Source: an uncultured Fimbriimonadaceae bacterium
GTDB taxonomy: Bacteria; Armatimonadota; UBA10988
Reading direction: 5' to 3'
DNA: 64,000 bases
NCBI GenBank assembly: GCA_964405335.1
Contig: CAYONP010000017.1
Coordinates: 8,570 to 72,569 of the forward strand
Positions 17,823-26,256 of this stretch are shown here, one piece after another (position 1 is the stretch's first letter; every line of letters starts with the position of its first letter). Under the pieces are notes generated by a model that saw only the letters and a program-made list of their open reading frames with translations, searched no databases and was not told the DNA's origin. The position numbers and the translations under genes were made by a program.

Positions 17823-17986
17823 CCGGGCACGCATTGCCCGGGCCGAACACCGCCACCGCAGCGGCTGACCAGCAGGCGGCTTGCAGGAGTCCGGCCCTTT
17901 CGGTAACGGCGCATTGCGATGCGCCGCTACAACCGTCACACGATTGCTCCAGGTCCTGGAGGGCGGGTTCCGGTATCCGGCCGGCG

Positions 17987-18526
17987 TTACGACGGTCGTC
18001 TGGGCTGCCGGCCGAGGACCTCGAGGATGGCGCTGCCGTAGGCCGGCAGGTCGCCCGGCCGGCGCGAGCTGACCATGTTGCGGTCGATCACCACCTCGTG
18101 ATCGACCCAAGCCGCGCCGGCGTTGGTCAGATCGTCCCGGATGCCCGGTGTCGAGGTCATCGTCCGGCCCTGGCAGATGCCGGCAGAGGCGACCACCCAG
18201 CCGGCGTGGCAGATGTGGGCGACCAGCTTGCCGGCGCGGTCCATCGCGGCGACGAAATGGGTCACTTCGCCGTAGCGCCGCAGCTTGTCGGGCGCCCAGC
18301 CGCCAGGGATGAGCACCCCGTCGAAGGCCTCGGGGTCGAGCGCCGAGAAGTCCAGCTCGGCCTCGGCCGGCACGCCATACTTGCCGTGGTAGATGTGCCC
18401 GGCAACCGGGCCAATCAGCGGTACCGTGGCGCCGGTCGAGCGGACCAGGTAGGTCGGGTACCAGAGCTCGAGATCCTCGAACTGCTCGTCGACCAGCGAG
18501 GCGATGCGGGCCGGCTCGAGTTCCAC
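17987..18526 (-). CDS. DJ-1/PfpI family protein
   Basis: 179 aa with GVLIPGGWAPD and the nucleophile elbow AHICHAGW. Confidence 0.9.
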   Translation of the reverse strand: MELEPARIASLVDEQFEDLELWYPTYLVRSTGATVPLIGPVAGHIYHGKYGVPAEAELDFSALDPEAFDGVLIPGGWAPDKLRRYGEVTHFVAAMDRAGKLVAHICHAGWVVASAGICQGRTMTSTPGIRDDLTNAGAAWVDHEVVIDRNMVSSRRPGDLPAYGSAILEVLGRQPRRPS

Positions 18527-18548
18527 GGCGGTCTCCCTTCCGGTGGCG

Positions 18549-19499
18549 TCAGCTCCACAACGAGGGATCGATGCGCATCAACAGCTCTCGGCCCTCGGCA
18601 TAGCGTTTGAGGTTGTCCAGGATCTGGTCGAACTGCACCTTCTCGGGTCGGCTGCCGTGCGGCGCGGTGTGACAGGTCAGAATCACCCGCGGGTGCTCCC
18701 ACAGCGGGTGATCGGCCGGCAGCGGCGTGGGCTCGGTGACGTCGAGCCCGGCGCCGGCCAGCCGCCCTTCGTCCAGGGCGCGCAGCAGCGCCGCTGTGTC
18801 GACGTTGATCCCCCGGCCGACGTTGACCAGATGCGCGGTCGGCTTCATCGCCGCCAGCACCTCCGCGCCGATGGCGCCCTCGGTCGACGGTGTGTGGGGC
18901 ATGGCGGCGACAACGAAGTCGGCGCTGGGCACCACGTCGAGCAGCGACTCGGGCCGCACGATCTCCTCGACCCCGGCCGGCAGCTCGCCGCGCACCGGGT
19001 CGACGCCGACGATCTTCATGCCCAGCGCGGCGGCCCGCTCGGCGATCGCCCGGCCGAGGCTGCCGAAGCCGACAATCACCATCCGCGCCCGGGCCAGCGG
19101 CGTGGTGCGCAGCGGCTCGCCGCTGAAGGTGTGCGCGCGCAGGCGGCCGGCCAGGCCGGGCAGGTCGCGGGCCAGGGCGAGGACGAGCATCAGCGCGTGG
19201 TCGGGCACGGTCTCGTTGTAGCTGCCCGAGGTGCGCGTCACGACCACGTCACGCGGCGCGAGCTGCCGCAGGGTGTCGCTCCACTTCTCCAGACTGTCGG
19301 TGCGGAACTGAACCCATTCGAGCTGGTGCAGGTGCTCGACCAACTCGGGCGGCGGCCCGCCGACGATGGCGGTGACCGGCTTGGCCTTGCCAATCGCCGC
19401 CTGGCGGTCCCAGCTCACCGTCACGTCGTCGGGCAAGACGGCCAGAATGCGCTCCCGCTGCACCTCATCCAGCGGCATCAAGAACAGGATGTGCATCAC
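18549..19499 (-). CDS. D-isomer-specific 2-hydroxyacid dehydrogenase family protein
   Basis: NAD-binding motif VGFGSLGRAIAERAAALGMKIVGVD and a C-terminal catalytic region ending TCHTAPH. Confidence 0.9.
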   Translation of the reverse strand: MMHILFLMPLDEVQRERILAVLPDDVTVSWDRQAAIGKAKPVTAIVGGPPPELVEHLHQLEWVQFRTDSLEKWSDTLRQLAPRDVVVTRTSGSYNETVPDHALMLVLALARDLPGLAGRLRAHTFSGEPLRTTPLARARMVIVGFGSLGRAIAERAAALGMKIVGVDPVRGELPAGVEEIVRPESLLDVVPSADFVVAAMPHTPSTEGAIGAEVLAAMKPTAHLVNVGRGINVDTAALLRALDEGRLAGAGLDVTEPTPLPADHPLWEHPRVILTCHTAPHGSRPEKVQFDQILDNLKRYAEGRELLMRIDPSLWS

Positions 19500-20806
19500 T
19501 CGTCCCGCGCCTCGAGCGCCGCGCGCCAGGCCGCCAGCCGCTCACCAATCCGCGCCTCGGCGCCGCGGCCGGTCGGCCGGTAATAGACCGTGCCGGCCAG
19601 CTCGTCGGGCAGGTGCGCCTGGCGCACCAGGGCGTCGGCCTGGTCGTGCGCATAGAGATAGCCCTCGCCGTAGCCGAACTCCTGCATCAGCCGCGTCGGT
19701 GCGTTGCGCAGGTGCAGCGGCACGGGCAGCGTGCCGTGCCGCCGGGCATCGTCCGTGGCCGCCATCCAGGCCGTCTCGATGGCGTTCGACTTCGGCGACA
19801 CGGCCAGGTAGACCGCCGCTTCGGCCAGGGCCAGCTCGCCCTCGGGGCTGCCCAGCATGTGATAGGCGTCGCGCGCGGCAACCGCCAGCGGCAGCGCGTT
19901 TGGCGCGGCCAGGCCGACATCCTCGCTGGCGATGCGGATCAGCCGCCGCGCGACATAGAGCGGGTCCTCGCCGGCGACCAGCATCCGCGCCAGCCAGTAG
20001 AGCGCCGCGTCGGGGTCGCTGTCGCGGATGCACTTGTGCAGCGCCGAGATGAGGTTGTAGTGCTCCTCGCCGGCCTTGTCATACTGCAGAGACCGCTGCT
20101 GCGTCGCCGCCGCCGCCAGCTCGGCGGTGATCGGTCCCTCGCCGGCCAGCCGGGCGGCCGCCTCGAGCGCGTTGAGCAGCGCCCTCGCGTCGCCGTCGGC
20201 CGTGCGCAGCAGGTGCTCGCGCGCCTCGGCGGTCAGCTCCAGGCCGAGCTCACCCAGCCCGCGCTCGCGGTCGCTCAGCGCGCGATCGAGGATCTGTCCG
20301 AGCGGCCCTCGGCCGAGCGCCTCGAGGCGATAGACCGTGGTTCGGCTGAGCAGCGCGGGGATCACCTCGAAGCTCGGGTTCTCGGTCGTCGCGCCGATGA
20401 GCAGCAGTGTGCCGTCCTCGACGTGGGGCAGCAGCACATCCTGCTGCGCTTTGTTGAAGCGGTGGATCTCATCGAGAAAGAGGATGGTCCGCCGGTGGTC
20501 GAGCATCGTCCGCTCGCGCGCCTGGTCGACCGCGGCGCGGACCTCTTTGACCCCCGCGCTGATGGCCGACATGCCAACGAATGCGGCGCCGGTGGCCCGG
20601 GCGACAATCCGCGCCAGGGTGGTCTTGCCGCTCCCCGGCGGGCCCCAGAGGATGCACGAGCGGAGCTGGTCGGCGGCGATTTCGCGGCGCAGCGGGCCCT
20701 CGGGACCGACGATCGAGTCCTGGCCGACGAACTCGTCGAGGTCAAGCGGCCGCAAGCGGTCGGCCAGCGGCGCATGGGCGGCGGAGTCGTCGGCGAAGAG
20801 GCTCAC
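19496..20806 (-). CDS. rarA: replication-associated recombination protein A (AAA+ ATPase)
   Basis: Walker A WGPPGSGKTTLARIVA, Walker B FLDEIHRFNK and an MgsA C-terminal region HYNLISALHKCIRDSDPDAALYWLARML. Confidence 0.95.
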   Translation of the reverse strand: MSLFADDSAAHAPLADRLRPLDLDEFVGQDSIVGPEGPLRREIAADQLRSCILWGPPGSGKTTLARIVARATGAAFVGMSAISAGVKEVRAAVDQARERTMLDHRRTILFLDEIHRFNKAQQDVLLPHVEDGTLLLIGATTENPSFEVIPALLSRTTVYRLEALGRGPLGQILDRALSDRERGLGELGLELTAEAREHLLRTADGDARALLNALEAAARLAGEGPITAELAAAATQQRSLQYDKAGEEHYNLISALHKCIRDSDPDAALYWLARMLVAGEDPLYVARRLIRIASEDVGLAAPNALPLAVAARDAYHMLGSPEGELALAEAAVYLAVSPKSNAIETAWMAATDDARRHGTLPVPLHLRNAPTRLMQEFGYGEGYLYAHDQADALVRQAHLPDELAGTVYYRPTGRGAEARIGERLAAWRAALEARDE

Positions 20807-20809
20807 CGG

Positions 20810-21289
20810 TCAGCGGCGGCGCCAGCGCGAGGTGGCCGGGCGCGCGGTGCGGCGGAGCTTCGGTGCCGCGGCCGCGGCGCCGTTGGCCTCGGCCTGCTTC
20901 TTCATCGTCAGCAGCGGGCGCAGCTCGGCTTCGAGCAGGGCACAGCGCTCCTCGGCTTCGGCCAGGCGGGCCTCCAGCAGGCGCGTCTCCGAGCGCGCAT
21001 TCTCGGTGTCGCGGCGCAGCGCGGTCTCGCTCTCCCGCAGCCGCCTGGCCTCGCGCTCCAGCTCGCGCCGCTCGCGGCCGCCGGTGTAGAGCGCGCGTAG
21101 GTAGGGCACGGCCATCGCCACGGCGCCGCCGGCGATGCTGTAGCCGATGAGCTCGACAATGGACGCCTCGACGGTCAGCCGCCGCCCGAGCAGGTTGACG
21201 GCGAACTGCGTCGGCTCGGGGTTCTGCGCCACCAACATGCCGCCGACGAGCATCATGAGGATGGCGACGATGACCCAGAGCAGCGGCAT
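20810..21289 (-). CDS. LapA/DUF1049-like membrane protein with coiled-coil tail
   Basis: Two N-terminal TM helices (MPLLWVIVAILMMLVGGMLVA; ELIGYSIAGGAVAMAV) followed by an Arg/Glu/Leu-rich coiled coil. Confidence 0.6.
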   Translation of the reverse strand: MPLLWVIVAILMMLVGGMLVAQNPEPTQFAVNLLGRRLTVEASIVELIGYSIAGGAVAMAVPYLRALYTGGRERRELEREARRLRESETALRRDTENARSETRLLEARLAEAEERCALLEAELRPLLTMKKQAEANGAAAAAPKLRRTARPATSRWRRR

Positions 21290-21427
21290 GAGCGGGATTC
21301 TCGACGGGCTTCCGCCGAGTCATAGCACGCGGCCGGCCGGGGCGTCAAGCTCCGCCTGGCGCCGGGTGCGCTCCAGGGCCGGTGACCGCGTCGTCGACCC
21401 GCATGGAAACGCGGGTCTGTCACAACA

Positions 21428-21450
21428 AAACCCGCCCGAGGGGCGGGTTT
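21428..21450 (-). terminator. orphan intrinsic-terminator-like hairpin in a divergent intergenic region
   Basis: On the minus strand, AAACCCGCCC-CTC-GGGCGGGTTT is followed by TGTTGTG. It lies 139 nt upstream of the minus-strand start at 21289, and no minus-strand CDS ends here. Confidence 0.45.
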
Positions 21451-21552
21451 CGCCCTACCAGCCACGGGTTTCAACCCGTGGCTCCACGTGATCTGACGGA
21501 GCCGCCGACCCGCGCGCTTGCCCGCGCTGACCGGCCGTGCCATGCTTCGCGG

Positions 21553-22440
21553 GTGATCATCTCGGCCAGCTATCGCACCGACATCGCCGCCTACTACGCC
21601 GACTGGTTCGCCCGCCGGCTCGAGGCCGGCTGGTGCCTGGTCGGCGGGCCGTTCGACGGCAAGCTCCGCCGGGTCGACCTCCACGCGGCCGGCGGTTTCG
21701 TCTTCTGGACTCGTCACGCCGCGCCGCTGCTGCCGACGCTCGCGCGGCTCGGGGCCGACGGCGTGCCGTTCGTGGTGCAGTACACCTTGACCGACTACCC
21801 GCGTCGGCTCGAATCGCACCGGCCCGACCGCGCCGTGGCCCTGGCCACCATGCGCACCGTCGCCGAGCGGTTCGGCCCGCGGGCGCTGGTCTGGCGCTAC
21901 GACCCGGTGCTGGTCAGCGACCACACGCCGCCCGAGTTCCACCGCGCACAGTTCGCCGCCCTGGCCGCCGAGTTGCGCGGCTGCTGCGACGAGGTGGTCT
22001 TGAGTTTCGCCAACCTCTACCGCAAGTCGATCCGCGGCCTGACCGCGCGGGGCGTGGGGTTCGAGGATCCCAGCGACGAGGCCAAGCGCGCGCTGCTCGC
22101 CGAGCTGGCCGAGCTCGCCCAAACCGCCGGCCTGCGCCCGAGCCTCTGTGCGCAGCGCCACCTGCTATGCGAGGGACTCTCCGACGCGGCCTGCATCGAC
22201 GCGTTGCGGCTCGGCGTGACCGCGCGTCCGAAGCCGCACCGCTCCTGCGGCTGCGCCGAGAGTGTGGACATCGGCGCATACGACACCTGCCCGACCGGTT
22301 GCGCTTACTGTTACGCGGTCAACAGCCGCGTGGTGGCGTCACGGCGACGGGCCGAGCACGACCCGGCGGACGTGATGCTCTATCGTCCCGCGCGCTGGCG
22401 GGGCGTGGCGGTCGACGAGCTGGTGGCGGCTAGTCGGTGA
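21553..22440 (+). CDS. DUF1848 domain protein
   Basis: Start moved to GTG 21553 (VIISASYRTDIAAYYADWF). The C-terminal Cys cluster CGCAESVDIGAYDTCPTGCAYCYA is typical of DUF1848. Confidence 0.75.
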   Translation: MIISASYRTDIAAYYADWFARRLEAGWCLVGGPFDGKLRRVDLHAAGGFVFWTRHAAPLLPTLARLGADGVPFVVQYTLTDYPRRLESHRPDRAVALATMRTVAERFGPRALVWRYDPVLVSDHTPPEFHRAQFAALAAELRGCCDEVVLSFANLYRKSIRGLTARGVGFEDPSDEAKRALLAELAELAQTAGLRPSLCAQRHLLCEGLSDAACIDALRLGVTARPKPHRSCGCAESVDIGAYDTCPTGCAYCYAVNSRVVASRRRAEHDPADVMLYRPARWRGVAVDELVAASR

Positions 22441-23866
22441 CGGCGGCGCCGGGGGCTTCGGCGGCCTCGATGCTGGCGACGTCCTGCCGGTACTTGTCCT
22501 CACTGAACTTGATATAGAAGACGACGGCGGCGGCGATGGTGACCACAATTGGCAGGGCGAACACGCCGGGCCAGAAGTGGAAGTAGACCGAAGCGACCAG
22601 CTCGCGCCCGGCGACCGACCAGTCGCCGAGGATCGGCACGGCGTTCAGGTCGTGTATCTTGCCCGAGAGGAAGTGCCCGACGAGCATCCCGCAGCCGTTG
22701 GTGGCGAAGACCATCAGCGCCTGGGCGCTGGCGCGGATGTCCTTCGGCGCGATCTTCTCGACGGCTACCATACCGGCCGCGAAGAAGAACGTGTAGCCGA
22801 TGCCGTGCAGTGCCTGCGAGGCGAGGACCAACCAGGTGGGCTCGCCGACAGAGAAGGCGATGTAGCGCAATGGCCAGGCGAGGATGCCGATGAAGATGGT
22901 CTTGCGCATGCCTATGCGGGTCAGCATCAGAAACAGCAGGAACATGAACGCGATCTCGGACAACTGGCCGATGGTGGTGGCGAACTGCGTGCCACCCTCA
23001 TCAAGCCCCAGCCCGCCGGTGCCAAAGCGGACCCCGTCGGCGAGAATGGGCGCTTCGGCAGGGGCGGCCAGGCCCTCGTTACCAGCAGCTTCACGCGCCT
23101 GATCGAGCCACCGGTCGGCCGCCTGGTCGACAGTCTGCGCTTGCTGAAAAAAGAGCGGCGTGAGGTTATAGTACCAGGGCAGCTCGATGGCTACGACGAA
23201 CGAGATCACCAACAGGATAAGGAAGTTGCGATTCTTGGCCAGGGCGAAGGCCTCGAGAAAGGCGTAGGGATTGCCCACGTTCTTGGTCGGGGGGGTGTTG
23301 GGCAAGGTGAACGAGTAGATTCCCATCAGGACCGCTACAGCGGCGCCGAACAGCAGGCAGTCGCCCGCCTTGCTCTGCGCCGTGGTGGCCGCGGCGTGCT
23401 TTAAGTATCCGCCGACGACAAACTGAATGACGATCCACCCGATCGTCCCCCAGACCCGGATGTAGCCGAACCAGTCGGTGTTCTTCCAGTGCTTGAAGGC
23501 GATGCCGTTGGTCAACGCGATGGTCGGCATGTAGGCCAGCGCATAGATGAACATCACCGTCCAGAGCGGCCAAAACTCGGTCTGCTGCCATGCGAGGTAG
23601 AGCAGCACCGCGCCGACCAGGTGCGACAGCCCAGTGTAAACCTGGCTCGGCAGGAAGCGATCGGCCACCCAACCGGCGATCATCGGCGACAGCACCGCGC
23701 CGAACGCTGTGGTGCCGAACACCAGGCCGATCTGGAATCCGGTGAAGTGGAGCTTGTTCCCCATGTGCAGGGCGATCATCACCGACCACGCACCCCAGAC
23801 CGCGTACTCCAGGAACATCATCAACGACAACCTGGTGAACAGCCGCCAGTCGACACGCTCGCCCAT
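22430..23866 (-). CDS. MFS transporter (nucleoside:H+ symporter-like)
   Basis: ATG 23866 preceded by GGAAGGA. FLEYAVWGAWSVM ... GAVLSPMIAGWVADRF, about 12 TM helices and a long central loop. The 3' end overlaps the convergent DUF1848 gene by 11 nt. Confidence 0.85.
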   Translation of the reverse strand: MGERVDWRLFTRLSLMMFLEYAVWGAWSVMIALHMGNKLHFTGFQIGLVFGTTAFGAVLSPMIAGWVADRFLPSQVYTGLSHLVGAVLLYLAWQQTEFWPLWTVMFIYALAYMPTIALTNGIAFKHWKNTDWFGYIRVWGTIGWIVIQFVVGGYLKHAAATTAQSKAGDCLLFGAAVAVLMGIYSFTLPNTPPTKNVGNPYAFLEAFALAKNRNFLILLVISFVVAIELPWYYNLTPLFFQQAQTVDQAADRWLDQAREAAGNEGLAAPAEAPILADGVRFGTGGLGLDEGGTQFATTIGQLSEIAFMFLLFLMLTRIGMRKTIFIGILAWPLRYIAFSVGEPTWLVLASQALHGIGYTFFFAAGMVAVEKIAPKDIRASAQALMVFATNGCGMLVGHFLSGKIHDLNAVPILGDWSVAGRELVASVYFHFWPGVFALPIVVTIAAAVVFYIKFSEDKYRQDVASIEAAEAPGAAVTD

Positions 23867-23911
23867 GCCTGTTCCTTCCCGCCGGACCACCGGCCGCCGG
23901 ACGCTGATCCG

Positions 23912-26215
23912 TCAGCCGCCGGCCATCACCTCCTCGAGCAAACGCAAGACCTCCAGCCGCACCCGCTCCGCGGTGCCGCGGTCCTTCGGCTCGTGCCACT
24001 CGATGCTCCGCGGATCGGGCTCGCCCAAGACCCGCCGCGGGCCGGTTTCGAGCAGGTCGGCCGCCGCGCGGCGCCAGGCTGCGTCGCCCCGGCCGGCGGC
24101 CAGCGCCTGGCGCAGCATGGCCAGGTACTGATAGTCCTGCTGGCTCTCGCGGATCGCCTCCATCTGCTTGGACGTGACGTTGCCATCGGGCCCCAAGAAC
24201 TGCGGTGAGAAGCAGGTCCGGCCGGTGCCCAGCTCTTGCCAGGCGTCGCCGGCGCCGCTGTCGCAAAAGGCCCAGAAGAAGCTCTGCTCGGCCCCGATGC
24301 GGAACGCCTCCCAGGCCTGGAGCAGCAGGTAGGCATAGGGGTCGAGCGCGCGGATCGGCCCGCTGCAGCTATACAGCGCCAGCCGCCGGCCGGCCTCGCG
24401 CTGGGCCGAGTAGACCGCGTCGAACTCGGCCGGATTGGCCAGCCACTGGACCCGGTTAGGGCAAAGTATGGTCGAGGTCTCGAGCAGCGCGACGGGCGCC
24501 TCGCGCGGCGCGGTGAAGATGGGGTCGTTCCAGATCACCACCGCGGGCGCCGCCTCGCCGATCACCTCGGCGTAGGTCACAATCAGCGCCGCCGACTCCT
24601 CGTCTCGCGGCTCGTCGGCAAGCAGCAGGCAGAGCTGGCCGGCATCGATGCCGCGCTGCTCGAGGTGGCCGACCCAGAACTCGATCCAGTCGCGCACCCG
24701 CCGTCGATCAGCCTCGTCTCCGAGCGGCGCGCCGAAGCTACAGAAGACGCAGTACCAGCGCGCGCCGGGCCAGCGGTCGAGCCAATCGTCCATCGCGGCG
24801 GTGTCGGGCGGCTCGAGCATCGCGCCGGTCGCGTCATGCCGGCCGAACGGCATCACCCGGCTGGTCGCCCAGGGCGAGTCGATGCCGTAGCGCCGCAGGA
24901 AGGCGACCGTGTCGTCGAGGTTGTCGTCGGTGATCCCGCGGCCGGGGCCGTCGGTGTAATCCCAGCCGCCCAGCGCCAGGGCGCGCTCGGCGGGCATGGC
25001 CACGGCCGAGACGCGCACGACCACCGGCACCGCCAGCTCGACGCCGTCGCCGGCCAGGCGCAGCGTGCCGTCGTAGCGGCCCGGCGCGACGCCGCGGCTG
25101 TCGATGCTGAGCCAGAGCTGGCCGGTCAAGCCGGCCACGAGCCGGAGCGGGCCGCCGAGCTCGGGCAGCGCGGCGGCCGCCGGAGGCCGGCCCTGGACCG
25201 CGGTCCAGACCACCTCGTGCAGCGTGGCGCCGGGCAGGCCGTCGAGCGAGGCCTCGCAGAGCAGGCTGGTGCCGCCGGCGTTGGCCAGGTTGAGGGCGGC
25301 GGCGCGGACCTCGCCCTGCATCAGCTCGACCTCGAGCAGCGGCGGCTCGGGCTCGGCCGGCGGCGGGTCGGTCAGCACGAGCGGATCCCAGCGATTGGCC
25401 GTCCAGACGGTCAGCTCGGGCCGGCCCATCGCCCGCCACAGCGCCGCCTGCGCGTGGAAGGCGGCCAACTGCTGCGGGGTGAGCGGCAGCGTCGCGCGCT
25501 CAAGCTTCGGCGCCTCGACCGGCAGACCAGCCACGGCCGGCAGCAGCGCGAGCACCTGCCGGCGCCGCTCCTCGTCGAGCGCGGCGGCCTCGACGGCGGC
25601 GCCGACGGCCTCGATGCTCGTGGCCACCTGCCACCGTACCTCGGCATCGTAACGCTTGCCCAGCAGCCAGGCGACCGGGTCGGTGATGGGTTCGCCGGCG
25701 AGCACGGCGTCGGGCGCGTCGCCTTGATAGACCTCGATCTCGTCGCAGAAGGTGTAGGGCCCGCTGGGCAGCACGCCGACGGCCAGATATCGCCCGCGCG
25801 CCGCGAGCCCGCCGGCCACGTAGCGGTGCGTCGCGTAGCCTTCGGCCGGCGGTGGATCGGCCAGCCCGGTGATCTCGCCGGCCTCGTACCAGGCCTCGCC
25901 GTCGTCGCTGACCAGCAGGTAGATGGCCGACGGCCAGGTGACCCCGGCGGTTCCGGCGGCGGTCGAGAAGCTGACTCCGCCGATGCTGCGCGGCTCGCCC
26001 AGGTCGATAGTGACGAGCACATGCCCGGTCGCCTGCCAGCCGACGCAGCCGGGCTGGACCCAGAAGTAGCCCTCGACGTACTCGCCGTCGGTGAGCTGGA
26101 CCGCGTCGCCCGGCTCGGTGCAGTGCTGGTAGTTCGGCCGCGGGTCGACGGTGTAGGCGCAGCCGCGGGCGAGGTTCGGCGGGGCGAGCAGCAGGGCGCA
26201 GACGATGGGCGTCAT
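23912..26215 (-). CDS. secreted discoidin-domain protein with DUF4091-like glycoside-hydrolase-like region
   Basis: ATG 26215 gives MTPIVCALLLAPPNLARGCA. The first 101 codons of the track ORF are junk overlapping the upstream gene. An F5/8 type C-like module is present (QLTDGEY, VTIDLGEPRSIGGVSF, YLLVSDDGEAW). The C-terminal assignment is tentative. Confidence 0.7.
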   Translation of the reverse strand: MTPIVCALLLAPPNLARGCAYTVDPRPNYQHCTEPGDAVQLTDGEYVEGYFWVQPGCVGWQATGHVLVTIDLGEPRSIGGVSFSTAAGTAGVTWPSAIYLLVSDDGEAWYEAGEITGLADPPPAEGYATHRYVAGGLAARGRYLAVGVLPSGPYTFCDEIEVYQGDAPDAVLAGEPITDPVAWLLGKRYDAEVRWQVATSIEAVGAAVEAAALDEERRRQVLALLPAVAGLPVEAPKLERATLPLTPQQLAAFHAQAALWRAMGRPELTVWTANRWDPLVLTDPPPAEPEPPLLEVELMQGEVRAAALNLANAGGTSLLCEASLDGLPGATLHEVVWTAVQGRPPAAAALPELGGPLRLVAGLTGQLWLSIDSRGVAPGRYDGTLRLAGDGVELAVPVVVRVSAVAMPAERALALGGWDYTDGPGRGITDDNLDDTVAFLRRYGIDSPWATSRVMPFGRHDATGAMLEPPDTAAMDDWLDRWPGARWYCVFCSFGAPLGDEADRRRVRDWIEFWVGHLEQRGIDAGQLCLLLADEPRDEESAALIVTYAEVIGEAAPAVVIWNDPIFTAPREAPVALLETSTILCPNRVQWLANPAEFDAVYSAQREAGRRLALYSCSGPIRALDPYAYLLLQAWEAFRIGAEQSFFWAFCDSGAGDAWQELGTGRTCFSPQFLGPDGNVTSKQMEAIRESQQDYQYLAMLRQALAAGRGDAAWRRAAADLLETGPRRVLGEPDPRSIEWHEPKDRGTAERVRLEVLRLLEEVMAGG

Positions 26216-26256
26216 GGTCGGCTCCGCGCCGAGGGTAGCACATCGGCGGCGCGGAG

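Noticed and set aside
17823-17986. Small hairpins (CCGGGCA-CGCAT-TGCCCGG near 17825; GGCGCAT-TGCG-ATGCGCC near 17908) between the convergent GNAT and PfpI genes, considered as terminators or an sRNA.
   Set aside because: The stems are only 7 bp without U-runs. Such structures are expected by chance in GC-rich DNA, so they are too weak to call.
21421-21482. Possible tRNA or tRNA fragment suggested by the GGGTTTCAACCC hairpin.
   Set aside because: No acceptor stem, D-arm or anticodon arm can be built around it. The loop TTCA with a 9-bp stem is not a T-arm (5-bp stem, 7-nt loop). I treat it as part of the hairpin cluster instead.
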